From the NCBI RefSeq assembly GCF_001194135.2, contig NC_068991.1:54764028-54828027 (forward strand): DNA of 64,000 bases. Direction: 5' to 3'. The number at the start of each line of letters is the position of its first letter. Within the stretch, counting starts at the first letter, position 1. The stretch is from Octopus bimaculoides. Lineage: Eukaryota. Under the pieces are notes generated by a model that worked only from the letters and a program-made list of their open reading frames with translations, was not told the origin of the DNA and did no database searches. The position numbers and the translations under genes were made by a program. This document shows, piece by piece, positions 1-12,512 of the stretch.

Positions 1-559
1 GCGTAAACCAGGGAAATATTTGCAGTATTAAGATATATGTATTTCTAACGTAATATATCAATATTTTAAATTATTGGCGATCTATATTTACTTGTTATAA
101 CAGTTTGCTGCACAAGTAATTATTTCTTACTCATTCTAATTCTTCTGTTATTCCTGAGTTCAGTTTCAGAATAAACCCTCATTCCTCGTTACTTTTATAT
201 TTTATTCCAAATTTTTAACTACATTTCGTACCTTAATGTATCGTTGAATTGTATCAATATATAGTTAAAGAAAATTCCTAAAGTATTGTTGTATTTTAGA
301 CTCAAGTCGGCCTTGATTGAGCAGTTATGATTAAAGACATTCCGGCCATAGCCATCACATCTAGATTTTCAGGAGGCATGAGCACACTTACCCGAGATCT
401 CTGTAAGTTTAAGGGCTCAATGCTAATCTGCGTGTGCTGTGGTTATGTATGTAGGGGGTTCTTTCTGTGTTTAAGAGGGCTCTGTCTGTGACTACATTAT
501 CCAATGTGACCTTTTCGCAAACATTAAGGTGTGAATTTTGGGAGAGAGTAACGGAGTGT

Positions 560-960
560 CTATTTTTTAGCCCGTCTGGCGAATACCTGAAAACTAGAAT
601 CCACCGTCGTTGACTCATGAAAGGTGAAGTAACTTATTCATTCGGCATTAACTAAAGCTGTGAGAGCTAAAATCGGTTTTAACTGGTCAATCGACAGGTT
701 TTCTTGTTCGTATTTAACTGTCACACTGATCGATTCTGATTGTCAATTTGTATGATGCAATAATGTCAAACTTGAAGCTCGCGAATCAATTAGGTCGTTC
801 AGTTTGTTCGAAAAAGCTGTTAAATTCTTGAATTGAGAACACATTCGACTGTTTATTTCTTGATACAAATAAAAAAAAATGTGAGGATCATGGATAGAAC
901 GCCTGTGCTCATTACAAAAGTAATTTTAGCTAAAAACGAAATCAAACCAACTAGGTTTGA
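560..960. promoter_or_regulatory. Putative EPRS promoter / 5' UTR region
   Basis: CpG dinucleotides are locally enriched against a CpG-poor background, around the candidate first exon. No TSS evidence is available. Confidence 0.4.
763..793 (+). CDS. EPRS1: EPRS exon 1 (putative), MSNLKLANQL + 1 nt
   Basis: ATG in a CpG-richer region, ending in phase 1 as exon 2 requires. The donor G/GTCGTT is weak and there is little similarity to go on. Confidence 0.45.
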
Positions 961-1829
961 TTTCTACGCTGTCGCCCGACCAGCTAGAAATTTAATTCTT
1001 GATAAATTATACCTTAAAATGCGATGGTCATGTCTGGATCACCCTTGACCCTAGGACTGCTGGATCAGTGCTGACTTACTTAGCCATAGTTATATGAAAG
1101 CTGTGCTTCTTGTTCGTTCAAGCGTGGGTTTTAATACCCCACCAACTTTAAAGTAGGCTTTTTTTAGTATAAAAAAATCCGCGGAATTCTAGTTTAAGCA
1201 ACCCGTATAAACCCCTCATAACTTTTTTCATTTTTTTTTTTTCTGGAATTTTCAGAAAATTTTGCGAATTTGTGTTCTTCACACGGGAATTCATACGATT
1301 ATTTTTAACTTTTTAACCCTTCACTTTTAGAAGTTCCACTCTTTTCCGAACCTTTTTTTTTTTTAAATCAGAGTTTAAAATATGGACAGTCCGAATTATT
1401 TGCTCAAATACCAGCAACGGACCACTCTTGGATGCGTCGTCATTCTACTAAACAGACTTATAGGGAGAAAAACATTGAAAAACATCAATACATGTCAGTG
1501 CGACAAAGAAACGAGGGCGGTATCAGGTGGTCGTGAGATGTGTAAAAAAAATAACAGCTAAATCGCCTTTGAATCACGCACTTTTTTTTCTTTTTTTTTT
1601 TACATAATCGTATGAATTTCCTTGTGCAGAACACAAATTCGAAAAACTTTTCTGAAAGTTCCCAAAAAATGAAAAGTTATGAGAGGTACATAAACCAGAA
1701 CTTCACCAGAAAATCTTATTCGGTTTTTTTTTTTTTTTTTTTTGTTTACATTTTGGTCTAATGACTGAAGCAAGTAAAAGATACCATATTTACTCATGTA
1801 TAGGTCTCATTTTATACTTCATTTATTTG

Positions 1830-2380
1830 GGAGATAGGGTGGATGTGAAGCAACTGTGACAGCAAGAGCGAGACTTGGCTGGGTGAAGTTCAGGGAACGC
1901 GGAGTGTTTTTATATGGGAAAAGGTTCTTGTTGAAGATGAAAAGAAGGGTCTATAGGGGTTGCATGAGAGATACAATGCTGTATGGGAGTGAGACATGGT
2001 GTCTGAGAGAGAGAGAAATGTCAATTTTGAAGACCAAGAGAACTGTTTGATAAGAGGAGGACTGAAGACTTGATAGGGATGCTGGGGCTGGAGGAATCTA
2101 TGGAACGGCTGGCAAGGGCAAACTGAGTGTGGTGGTATGGGCATGTGTTGAGGAGGGATGAGGAGCATGTTCTAAGGCAGGTGCTTGCATTTGAGGTAAA
2201 TGGACTGCAAAAGTGAGGTAGACCGAGAAAAAAGTGGAGGAGATTGGGAGGGTTGGCTTGAGAAAGAAGGACACCCAAAACCGTACGAGATGGTGTGAGG
2301 GCAGTTGCTATGGCATTGAGGTAGATCCAGCCACCCCCATTAACGGGGACAAAACTCGGATTTAAAATACTGGATGATGA
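1830..2380 (+). mobile_element. RTE-clade LINE 3' fragment, degenerate
   Basis: TARARLGWVKFRE...MLYGSETWCL..., LRW.GHV.RR, GRP.K.W motifs. Confidence 0.85.
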
Positions 2381-2859
2381 TTTAATTGGAAAAACTCACA
2401 CGAATAAGTATGCTATTTCACTTGCATTTCAAGTGTATAAAATTAGATTTTTTTCCTCAATGTATTGAAACTGAAACAACAACCTTTGAAATTTTCATAA
2501 AATGAAACAATTAGTACTAAGAATTACAAACGAAATACAGAGTACATTCCAGAAATTTTCAGACTTTTGCAGGAGAGACATTTATCAATTTCAGAGAAAT
2601 ACAAAACTCTAATCTCCTTTGACCTTTTAGCATTCAAACCAGTCATACCCAACGCCCAAATATTCTACCTGTTTTAGGTTCAAACCATCCAGATCCAGCC
2701 TTTCACAACTACTTGACAATGTCATTGTAAAAATATTCTGTTGCACCACTGAAATCTCAAAGCTACAAGATAATACATGATTCACTCAAAACTATGAATA
2801 AATAAGCATTACCAACTAAATACTGCTTGTCACAGGTGACTGGTTTGCAGAATGCTTTT

Positions 2860-3020
2860 GGGACATGAAGACAATTTGGAAGCTTGCGATACAATAAAAT
2901 TTTGTGTTAAGCTGGACAGAATCTCTACAGAAACTTACAAAATACTCCAAACTGCTTATATATTAACATGTGTATGCTGGACATCAGTTTTTCACTAGCA
3001 CAAGAGCTCAAACAAAGCAA
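2860..3020 (+). mobile_element. Mariner transposase N-terminal (HTH) remnant
   Basis: Reads TIKFCVKLDRISTETYKILQTAY...SVFH*HK, resembling the mariner IKFCVKLGKS.TET..ML..AY...VF.WHK pattern. Confidence 0.65.
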
Positions 3021-3462
3021 GTCCTCCAGAAAGCTTACAATGACCCCATTTTGCGACAGCAAAGGCATCTGAATGTTAAAGGGTCAAAGTAAGATCTCTG
3101 AGTTCAGTGCCCTGGTGGTGGCAGCGACAACAACAACAACAGCCTCAGTGGTGTGTGTTTGGCTGGTAATTGTCAGTTTAATTTGCTCTAGTATGTCATA
3201 TCCTTTAAAAGCTCTTAATATTTTTCTTCCAAGATTTGGGACTGATAGTCTGCAAGGTGCCATTCTTCAACTGTCATCATTCCATGAGATCTATCTAAAA
3301 TCACTTCTTCCTGAAATCACCAACCTCAATGGCTTCAGTTACATCTCCTCTTCATTCTCACACATTACATACCAAAACATTTGCCTTCCTCAACTCCCTG
3401 AACCAGTTAGTTTCCTTACTTATTTCTCTCCCTAACACCCCCCCCCCCCCGACTCTCTAGAC

Positions 3463-3500
3463 CAGTGGTCCCCAAACTTTCAGACTACTTCCCCCCTGGC
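3463..3500 (+). mobile_element. hAT (Charlie-like) terminal remnant
   Basis: CAGTGGTCCCCAAACT directly after CTCTAGAC (TCTAGA target preference); a similar end CAGTGTTTCTCAACC sits at 40684. Confidence 0.4.
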
Positions 3501-3569
3501 ACTGCAGCCACATTCCTAGCATGCATCCCTCCACCACTACCACCACAAACATGATGAAAATGTGTGAAG

Positions 3570-4090
3570 GTTACCATCTTCATCATTATCATCCCTTAAC
3601 TGATACAGACAGTCACTGGGGTGTCACTCTAGACACTTTCATAGTCAACTGTCACCATTAGTCACTGTTCTCTGTCATATGTAGCAAGTTTGCTGTGTTG
3701 TGACCTGTTCAGTCTTTGATGCTGTCAAACCAGGATTTTCTCTGCCTGCCTCTCTTTTGCTCTCCCTTAAATGTGTCCTGAAGAATAATTTTAGACAGGG
3801 AGTTGTGACAGGATACTTGCCCGTACCAGACAAGCTTTCGTCTTATCTGCACAAGGAGTGATTCCTGTCTACCAGTGTATTTGTTGACTTGCTGCCTGAC
3901 AAAGCTATTCATTTTGTTCTGTGTACATCATGTGTAATAGTCTCCGAAAGCACTTGTGCTCAAATACCTGGATTCTTCACTGCATGTCAGCTGTAAGAGT
4001 CCAGCTCTCACAACCATAAGGTATAGAAAGGTAAATATAACAGAAGTGGTACAGAGGATTGGACAGGGTAGGTAAATTCGTGAAAGTGTG
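3570..4090 (-). mobile_element. RTE-like LINE C-terminal fragment
   Basis: RRKLVWYGQV..HNSLSKIILQ....EQKRGRQRKSWFD.IK. Confidence 0.75.
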
Positions 4091-4812
4091 CAGGGAGAAA
4101 GCACTCTTTGTGTTACATGTCATACAGAAACCCAATAAGTGATAGTTACATGGTTTAAACCCCAGTAGTGAACCTGCAGTGTTTATTCTGTCTCACATTT
4201 ATGCTTTAATGCCTTTTACAAATCTTACAAGTTACTTGACTCTTGAATACATTTTAATGTTTCTGTTGTTCTCTCTCCACCTTTCTTTCTCTCTCTTTCT
4301 CTTTGTTTCTTTGTGTATATTTCTGTGCACCGAAACTGGCTGAATGTCCAGTCAGTTGTGCCAAATCATTGGCGTCCAAATAACAGCTGTCAACTGTTTT
4401 GTTCCATATTCTTGTGTGTCTTCACACAAAGTCCAAGAATCTCACTGAAATAGCTTGTGTACCTGAATAGAATTCCTGCATACTCTTATTTTATTTCTTA
4501 TTTTTGCTTAACAAACAGCCCTAACATAGATGGCAGTAGAGTCCCTGACTTCTTCCTTGTTCACTAAAATTTTCAATTTTGCTAAATTTACTTTAAGCTC
4601 TTACAATTTTAAGCTTTGCTTCCACATTTAGAATTTGTTCACTATTCTTTGGAAGTATTTCTCTGCTTCTGTATTTGATCTGATCACATAAAAGTCTTTC
4701 CAATTTGCTCATTTTTCTAAGTCTACAAGAATTATGTATGAAATCAGAAAATAATATTTTGGTCAGGAATATATATACATACTTCTTTGCTTTATTTTTG
4801 TTTTTTTTACAG

Positions 4813-4903
4813 CCAGTCTGTTGGTTATTGAAAACTTCAAGTCAACATCCAAATTCTCTTGTGATATTGAATACAAAAATGTCAGTTCCATTGAAATAGA
4901 CAG
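4813..4903 (+). CDS. EPRS1: EPRS exon 2, GST-like domain
   Basis: ttttttttacAG / AG-gtatgg; (A)SLLVIENFKSTSKFSCDIEYKNVSSIEID(S); phase 1 to 2 fits exon 3. Confidence 0.75.
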
Positions 4904-5846
4904 GTATGGTTATAGTCTATATTAAGTTGTTTTTCTTCACTGCATATTCTCCTTCAAATTAACCCTTTTGCATTTGATCTGGCTATGTCCAGGCCAAATA
5001 TTCTACCTGTTTTATGTTCAAAGTAGTTAGACCTAGCCTCTCTCACCCACCCTATAATGTCATTTTGAAAATAAACAATTATAAAAAAATCCCAAAGCAT
5101 CAAAATTACACATGATTAATTCAAAATAATGAGAATAAATAAACATTGCATTTGACAGAGTAATCTGAATGCTAAAGAGTTAATTATTCACCGAACTACT
5201 GTTATCATGCTTTAGATAGATTTTTTGTTGAAAATAACCCACATATTTTTTACAGCTAAATAATTTTAGTACTGACTGGATGAAATAATTGTAGGGTTTT
5301 GCAGTGTTTTTTTTTTTTTTTGGTAACATTTTATGTCAAGGTAGTCAGCTAAATTTTTTTGATGTACATGTTTTCTGGTTGGATGTTGTTTTTCCATGTC
5401 TACCTTTCCACCATGAAATAGAATTAATTCTTAGTTACTCTCCTGAGGATATTCTGACAGATTGACCCAAAATTTTTACTTGAACTTTATGCCAAGTCTT
5501 TATGTTGACTAATAACAGTTCATTGAACTTTATGCAGGATGTGTTATTGTAACTGACATTTTTAGGAGCATATCAGGAACCATGAGAATGCCTATAATAA
5601 TGAGTGAATTTAACAGCACAATGATGGATAAATTGACCATCAACGAACAAGGAATATGCATTCAGCATAGTACCAAATGCAGCAAATGTCAACTTTAGCA
5701 GATTACCAACTTTACATAAGATGATACATTATATGATTTATATAGTTGTTTCCCCTTACAAGTTCCAGTGTTAAGTTTGTTTGAAATGCCAATTATTTGC
5801 TCTTCTCTAGTTTAGCTTGATGCTAATAATTGCAAAATAACGAGAA

Positions 5847-5852
5847 TATATA

Positions 5853-5885
<33 letters not shown>

Positions 5886-5994
5886 GTATATATANNNNNN
5901 NNNNNNNNNNNNNNNNNNNNNNNNNNNNNNNNNNNNNNNNNNNNNNNNNNNNNNNNNNNNNNNNNNNNNNNNNNNNNNNNNNNNNNNNNNNNNN

Positions 5995-6033
<39 letters not shown>

Positions 6034-6045
6034 GTGTGTGTGTCC
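5847..6045. repeat. (TG)n/(TA)n microsatellite spanning an N gap
   Basis: Directly visible; gap at 5895-5994. Confidence 0.95.
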
Positions 6046-6960
6046 CCTTGTTTTGACATTATAGGATAGTTGAAAACGGCTTTCACTGTCACATAAGCAG
6101 TATCATTCCTTTCCAATATTTTGTAAAATCATATCTGGCTGTGGGGAAATATTACCTTGCTTGGAAACAGGTGAGAGTTGGTGGTACACACTACTTTGGC
6201 ATGGTTTCTATGTCTGGACACCCTTCCTAATGCCAATCATTTTGTAAAGTATAATGGGTACTTTTTACATGGCACTGGTACTAGTGAGGTCATGAAGCAA
6301 CTCACAAGACAAGACCACCTCAACTTAGGTACAGTTATTTCCAAGCCACTGTTAGGTACAATTAACTTTGATGAGGAATCTGAAACATGTGCTCTTACTT
6401 TTGAGCTTAGTTCTGGTGCTATGTATGTTACTGGTTCTCTGAATTTCCCCAGGCAGACACTTGCAGCAATGTAGAGACCCAGTAGACTTTGTTTTAACCT
6501 TGTACACTCAACAATTTTAAAGTTTTTCTCTAAATTACTGGCCCTTTAAGCAAGAGTTTATTTTGGTTTCAGTAGCATTTAAGCAATTAAGAGTATTAAA
6601 CTTGCCCCTCCTGAATGGAACACCAGCTTGACAATGCAAGGTTAAATTCCCCCAGGTATTACTGGTACACATTTTCAGTTGAGCAAACTGAATCCACATG
6701 AATGAAATGCCTTATGTAACAATCATGAACTCAGTAACCAAAGCACTATGCACCCGAAGCCTTCATAGGAATTTCTTTGAGCCTTATGCCTCAGTCTTTA
6801 GTAGATGTTGACTTTGAAGTTAAGACTTGATTTACATCAGTTAGTTGACTGGAAGCCTTTTCATGAATTATTCCTTTTTACTTATTTACAGCTTCATTAA
6901 AAGAAAAGACTAATCATGTTGTAATTTTATTCCAAGACCAGTTATAATTTATTTTCACAG

Positions 6961-7057
6961 TAAAACAACTCTTGAAGGAGATGCATCAATGTGTCGGTAT
7001 TTGGTTCGTTCAAATTCAAGTCCTTTATATGGCTCTTCTTTGCTTGAAGCAACTGAG
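6961..7057 (+). CDS. EPRS1: EPRS exon 3, GST-like domain
   Basis: ttttcacAG / gtaaaa; KTTLEGDASMCRYLVRSNSSPLYGSSLLEATE (RYL..LYG...E.TE motif). Confidence 0.9.
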
Positions 7058-7506
7058 GTAAAATTTGTACTTAATATTAATTTTAAACTTTGGCACAAGG
7101 CCAACAATTTCAGGGGTAGGGGGTAAGTCACATACATTAACCCCAGTATTCAACTGGTACTTATTTATCAATCCTGAAAGGGATGAAAGGTAAAGTCGTC
7201 CTTGGTGGAATTTGAACTCTGAACATAAAGACAGATGAACTGTCACTAAACATATTGCCCTGTGTGCTAACAATTCTACCAGTTTGCCACCTTCTACTTA
7301 ATATTGAGATGAATATTAACAATAATAAGTTACAACCAATTCTTTGTTTCTAGGCTTGGCTCTGTGGTAAGAAGTGTGCTTCCCAACCACATGGTTCCAG
7401 GTTCAGTTCCACAGTGTGGCACCTTGGGCAATTGTTTTCTATAGACTCAGACCAACCAAAACCTTGTGAGTGGATTTGATAGACAGGAACTGGAAGAAGC
7501 CTATCA

Positions 7507-7518
7507 CGTGTGTGTGTG

Positions 7519-7563
<45 letters not shown>

Positions 7564-7794
7564 NNNNNNNNNNNNNNNNNNNNNNNNNNNNNNNNNNNNN
7601 NNNNNNNNNNNNNNNNNNNNNNNNNNNNNNNNNNNNNNNNNNNNNNNNNNNNNNNNNNNNNNNNNNNNNNNNNNNNNNNNNNNNNNNNNNNNNNNNNNNN
7701 NNNNNNNNNNNNNNNNNNNNNNNNNNNNNNNNNNNNNNNNNNNNNNNNNNNNNNNNNNNNNNNNNNNNNNNNNNNNNNNNNNNNNNNNNNNNNN

Positions 7795-7834
<40 letters not shown>
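7507..7834. repeat. (TG)n/(TA)n microsatellite spanning an N gap
   Basis: Directly visible; gap at 7564-7794. Confidence 0.95.
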
Positions 7835-7837
<3 letters not shown>

Positions 7838-9989
7838 AAATTACAATAAACACAAGTTCAAAAAATCATTAGTTCCCTGTGTATGTTTCACCATTTGTGG
7901 TTGCTTGGAATGTCAGCATTGGATGTTCCAAGTGCAACTGGATGCATAACCACAAGTCATCAGGGGAACATTTTATTGCATTATGTTACAGAGATGATGA
8001 TAATCTGTGACATACATTCTACATGGGGCTTTAAACTCAACAATAGCAATTGTACATCTAACTGTACCACAACTTTATATCCTCAATCAGGAGATACGAA
8101 AGGTGAATACTGATTCATGCTTTTCATATGATTGCAGCTATTTCATAATCCTCTCCATATTGTATTATAAATTTCAACTCTTAAAATTATATATGTACAT
8201 ATTTACACCAATATGCATATTTGTCATTAAATTACACAATTGCATATACACATATTGATATATAATAAGGAAAGCTAACTCGTCTACTCATATACCAAAA
8301 CATCTTAGATAAATCCAGGATTCCACTCTTAATATACATACTAGCAGGACCTGTGAATATTTCATGGAATCAATGGTAAACCTATTGGTTTATTTTTGAA
8401 AACTTTATCCCAAAAGCCTGAAACCATAGGCTGCATTGTGTCTGTATGGAATGATAGTCGCTCGCCTGGTACTCACTGAAAAGTGCAAGAAATTGGAATA
8501 TGATGATTACTTAATGCATTTTATATATACATATGCTTTATGCACAATTTTATGCATTTAATACACAGCACTCATAAAATTAATATTCACTCTTATTTTC
8601 CATTTTTCTCATTAACAAAAACAAATTGCCATACATATGATGCAATGAAAAATTTTAATTAAAAAAAACGATGGTAACTTCGTTGCCAACCCAATATATA
8701 TATAAGGTGCAGGCATGACTGTGATAAGAAGTTGCTTCCCAACCTCATGCCACCTTGGGCAAGCATGTACTATAGCTCCACGCTGACCAAAGCCTAGTGA
8801 GTGAATTTGGTAGACAGAAACTGAAATAAGCCGGTTGTGTGTGTGTGTGTGTGTGTATCACCCATACTAGCATGGAAGGCAGACGTTAAACCATGATGTT
8901 GCTGATATATGTAATGTGAGTGTGTTCTTTTTTCCACCATCACCACCACCACTTGACAACTAGTGTTGGTATGTTTACATGCCTGTATCTTAATGGTTCA
9001 GCAAATGCAATCAATAGAATAAGTACTAGGGTTCATTTGTTTGGCAATACCTTTCTGGGCAGTGCCCAAACTTGGCCACAGTTCAATGACTGCAGCAAGT
9101 AAAACATAATATACATTTTCTGCAAAATCTGCTAATCCTGCTCAATAAAAGCAGTAAAACAATACTTCAAATTTAACACACACTTACTGCTACCATCATC
9201 TCTATAAAAAATTTCAACTCAAAATATTTTCTGAGCATCAGTTATTCAAGATGTGTCTGCTATTCTCTATGTATGAGTAGTCCACTTTTCTCTGCCATCT
9301 ATAAGCATACATTTAGTACTATTTTGAGTCCTAGAACTCGTAGGGCTGGTTACTCAGTTTCCATGGTGTATAGTGACCAATTCCTAGAACTCATTAGGCT
9401 GGTTACTCAAAGTATGGTGTATATGTGACTTAGGTCACAACTTTTCCCTTGATCAGGTTGTCAGTCTGTTGTAGAGTTAACTTTCTATGGTTGAGTAAAC
9501 ATGAAATAAAGTGTTTTGCTCAAGAACACGTCACTCCACCTGGTTCAGGAATTGAAACCACAATCTTGTAATTGTGAGTGCAATGCCTTAACCACGAGGC
9601 CGTACGCCATCACATATAAACACAACTTACTGTCATTTTAAAGATATAGTTTATTTTTTAAGATGTTGTTCAACCCTTTAGCATTTAAACTGGCCATATC
9701 CAGCCAAAATATTCTACCTGCTTTATGTTCAACCTGACTAGATCCAGCCTCTCACATCTACCCTAAAATGTAATTCTAAAAATGCACAGTCACATCATTG
9801 AAATCTCAAAGCTATGAGATAATGCATGCATGATTAATTAAAAGCAACATGAATAAATAAGCATTGCATTTGACAGAGTAATCTGAATGCTAAAGGGTTA
9901 AGCTTACCTTATTAGCACAATTGTTTCCATATATCTATAGTATTGATATATATTGGCTTTTTTTTTTCTTTTTCTTTTTATCCAAATAG

Positions 9990-10143
9990 ATTGATTTTTG
10001 GATTGATTTTGCTCAGACCCAGTTCTCTGATGCTTCCTTTGATAAAGATGTTTATCACCTAGATAAAGTTCTGGGACCAATTACATATTTAGTTGGACAC
10101 CAGCTGACTTTGGCAGATATTTTTATATGGAAACAACTCCACT
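9990..10143 (+). CDS. EPRS1: EPRS exon 4, GST-like domain
   Basis: aaatAG / gtaagt; IDFWIDFAQTQFSDASFDKDVYHLDKVLGPITYLVGHQLTLADIFIWKQLH. Confidence 0.93.
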
Positions 10144-10175
10144 GTAAGTATTGTCTATTTCTAATTTCTTGAAAG

Positions 10176-11790
10176 ATCATCATCATCATCATCATCATCG
10201 TTTAACGTCCGCTTTCCATGCTAGCATGGGTTGGACGATTTGACTGAGGACTGGTGAAACCGGATGGCAACACCAGGCTCCAGTCTGATTTGGCAGAGTT
10301 TCTACAGCTGGATGCCCTTCCTAACGCCAACCACTCAGAGAGTGTAGTGGGTGCTTTTACGTGTCACCCGCACGAAAACGGCCACGCTCGAAATGGTGTC
10401 TTTTATGTGCCACCCGCACAAGCCAGTCCAGGGGCACTGGCAACGATCTCNNNNNNNNNNNNNNNNNNNNNNNNNNNNNNNNNNNNNNNNNNNNNNNNNN
10501 NNNNNNNNNNNNNNNNNNNNNNNNNNNNNNNNNNNNNNNNNNNNNNNNNNNNNNNNNNNNNNNNNNNNNNNNNNNNNNNNNNNNNNNNNNNNNNNNNNNN
10601 NNNNNNNNNNNNNNNNNNNNNNNNNNNNNNNNNNNNNNNNNNNNNNNNNNNNNNNNNNNNNNNNNNNNNNNNNNNNNNNNNNNNNNNNNNNNNNNNNNNN
10701 NNNNNNNNNNNNNNNNNNNNNNNNNNNNNNNNNNNNNNNNNNNNNNNNNNNNNNNNNNNNNNNNNNNNNNNNNNNNNNNNNNNNNNNNNNNNNNNNNNNN
10801 NNNNNNNNNNNNNNNNNNNNNNNNNNNNNNNNNNNNNNNNNNNNNNNNNNNNNNNNNNNNNNNNNNNNNNNNNNNNNNNNNNNNNNNNNNNNNNNNNNNN
10901 NNNNNNNNNNNNNNNNNNNNNNNNNNNNNNNNNNNNNNNNNNNNNNNNNNNNNNNNNNNNNNNNNNNNNNNNNNNNNNNNNNNNNNNNNNNNNNNNNNNN
11001 NNNNNNNNNNNNNNNNNNNNNNNNNNNNNNNNNNNNNNNNNNNNNNNNNNNNNNNNNNNNNNNNNNNNNNNNNNNNNNNNNNNNNNNNNNNNNNNNNNNN
11101 NNNNNNNNNNNNNNNNNNNNNNNNNNNNNNNNNNNNNNNNNNNNNNNNNNNNNNNNNNNNNNNNNNNNNNNNNNNNNNNNNNNNNNNNNNNNNNNNNNNN
11201 NNNNNNNNNNNNNNNNNNNNNNNNNNNNNNNNNNNNNNNNNNNNNNNNNNNNNNNNNNNNNNNNNNNNNNNNNNNNNNNNNNNNNNNNNNNNNNNNNNNN
11301 NNNNNNNNNNNNNNNNNNNNNNNNNNNNNNNNNNNNNNNNNNNNNNNNNNNNNNNNNNNNNNNNNNNNNNNNNNNNNNNNNNNNNNNNNNNNNNNNNNNN
11401 NNNNNNNNNNNNNNNNNNNNNNNNNNNNNNNNNNNNNNCCTACTCCTTTTCTACATACTGAGCAGGGCCATCTACCTGAAGGGGTTTGTGTTTTATCTAC
11501 CTTCCTACTTATTAGGATTTTGGTTTTAGCTAGGTTGACTCTAAGGCCCTTCAATTCTAGACCTTGCTTCCACACCTGAAACTTCTCCTCTAGTTCTGAT
11601 AGTGACTCCGCAATTAGGGCAAGGTCATCAGCATAGAGGAGCTCCCAGGGGCAACCTGTCTTGAACTCCTCTGTGATTGCCTGGAGGACTATGGTAAATA
11701 ATAGGGGGCTGAGGACGGAACCTTGGTGGACCCCTACCTCAAAAGGCAGCAATTAGCCATACCATTATTGAGTTACAGAAATGGAAGGCA
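10176..11790 (-). mobile_element. 5'-truncated RTE-clade LINE (RT domain to 3' tail), interrupted by a 988-N gap
   Basis: GVHQGSVLSPLLF...ELLYADDLALIAES...GLRVNLAKTK...WPCSVC at 11440-11752; 3' UTR ending in (GAT)n at 10176-10450. Confidence 0.88.
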
Positions 11791-12372
11791 TTATAGAGGA
11801 TGCATGCCTATGCTAGTTGTACACTATTTACAGCAGGTTATTGACATTTCTCTAATATTTTAATGTTTAACCCTGTAACACTAAACTTTCAGCACTATGT
11901 CAGTGTACTTTTTATCAATGTTGTTTGTTCCTAATCCAGTTCTGTGCCTGGATTGTCGTAACTGAAAGTTTTACTTTACTTTAAACACGCTGGAGTAAAA
12001 ATAAGCCTCTGAAGCAATTAGACACAATACTAGCCAAGCCAATGAGAGAGCTGCTATTTGATCATTCAAATGGCTGGAAATAGCAGCCAAATCTTCCTAA
12101 AATCTCTTATAAAATGGATGTGCACTTTGGATTATGTAGTCCTAGAGATGCTGTTTCTGAAAATAAGTTAGGATAATCACACTGAAATGCCTTGACTAGA
12201 AGTCTGCTTGCTCTGGGTCCATCAAGGATTAAATATGACAATACAAAGCTACCAGGATTTGAAATTGCAATTCTTTGTATTTGTTGTCTGGCATCTTAAC
12301 CAAACTTAGTTTTTACTCTCGTGGAAATTAAATAATATCCTAATTGTTTTTCATTGTTTGTTTGTTTTCCAG

Positions 12373-12512
12373 TCAGTAAAAGATGGCAGCAAATGACCCA
12401 GAAAGCAAATGTACCCCAAAATACTCTGCGTTTCTATAACTTCTTAACGTCACAACAAATTTTCCAATCAGTTCTCAGTAATCCTTCTCTTAAACTCGAC
12501 ACTCTGAAAGAA
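12373..12512 (+). CDS. EPRS1: EPRS exon 5
   Basis: ttttccAG / gtaagt; (F)SKRWQQMTQKANVPQNTLRFYNFLTSQQIFQSVLSNPSLKLDTLKE. Confidence 0.88.

Noticed and set aside
3073-3435. 120-aa ORF in intron 1
   Set aside because: It is low-complexity, lies among mariner, LINE and hAT debris, and has no recognisable motif.
5538-5700. Open frame after a tgcAG acceptor as an extra EPRS exon
   Set aside because: There is no suitable donor before the stop, no EPRS similarity, and exons 2 and 3 already join in phase.
6892-6940. Possible micro-exon just upstream of exon 3
   Set aside because: The implied intron would be too short, and reading through meets a stop codon.
10244-10262. CTGAGGA-CTGGT-GAAA in the RTE tail copies as a hammerhead
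   Set aside because: Only 5 nt separate the boxes, so no stem II can form.
10254-11579. Long ORFs of 280-450 aa in the ORF track (also 34829-36015, 50050-50484, 7350-7949, 5812-6116)
   Set aside because: They are artefacts of translating through N gaps and (TA)n/(TG)n microsatellites. Only the RT part of 10403-11752 is real coding-derived sequence.
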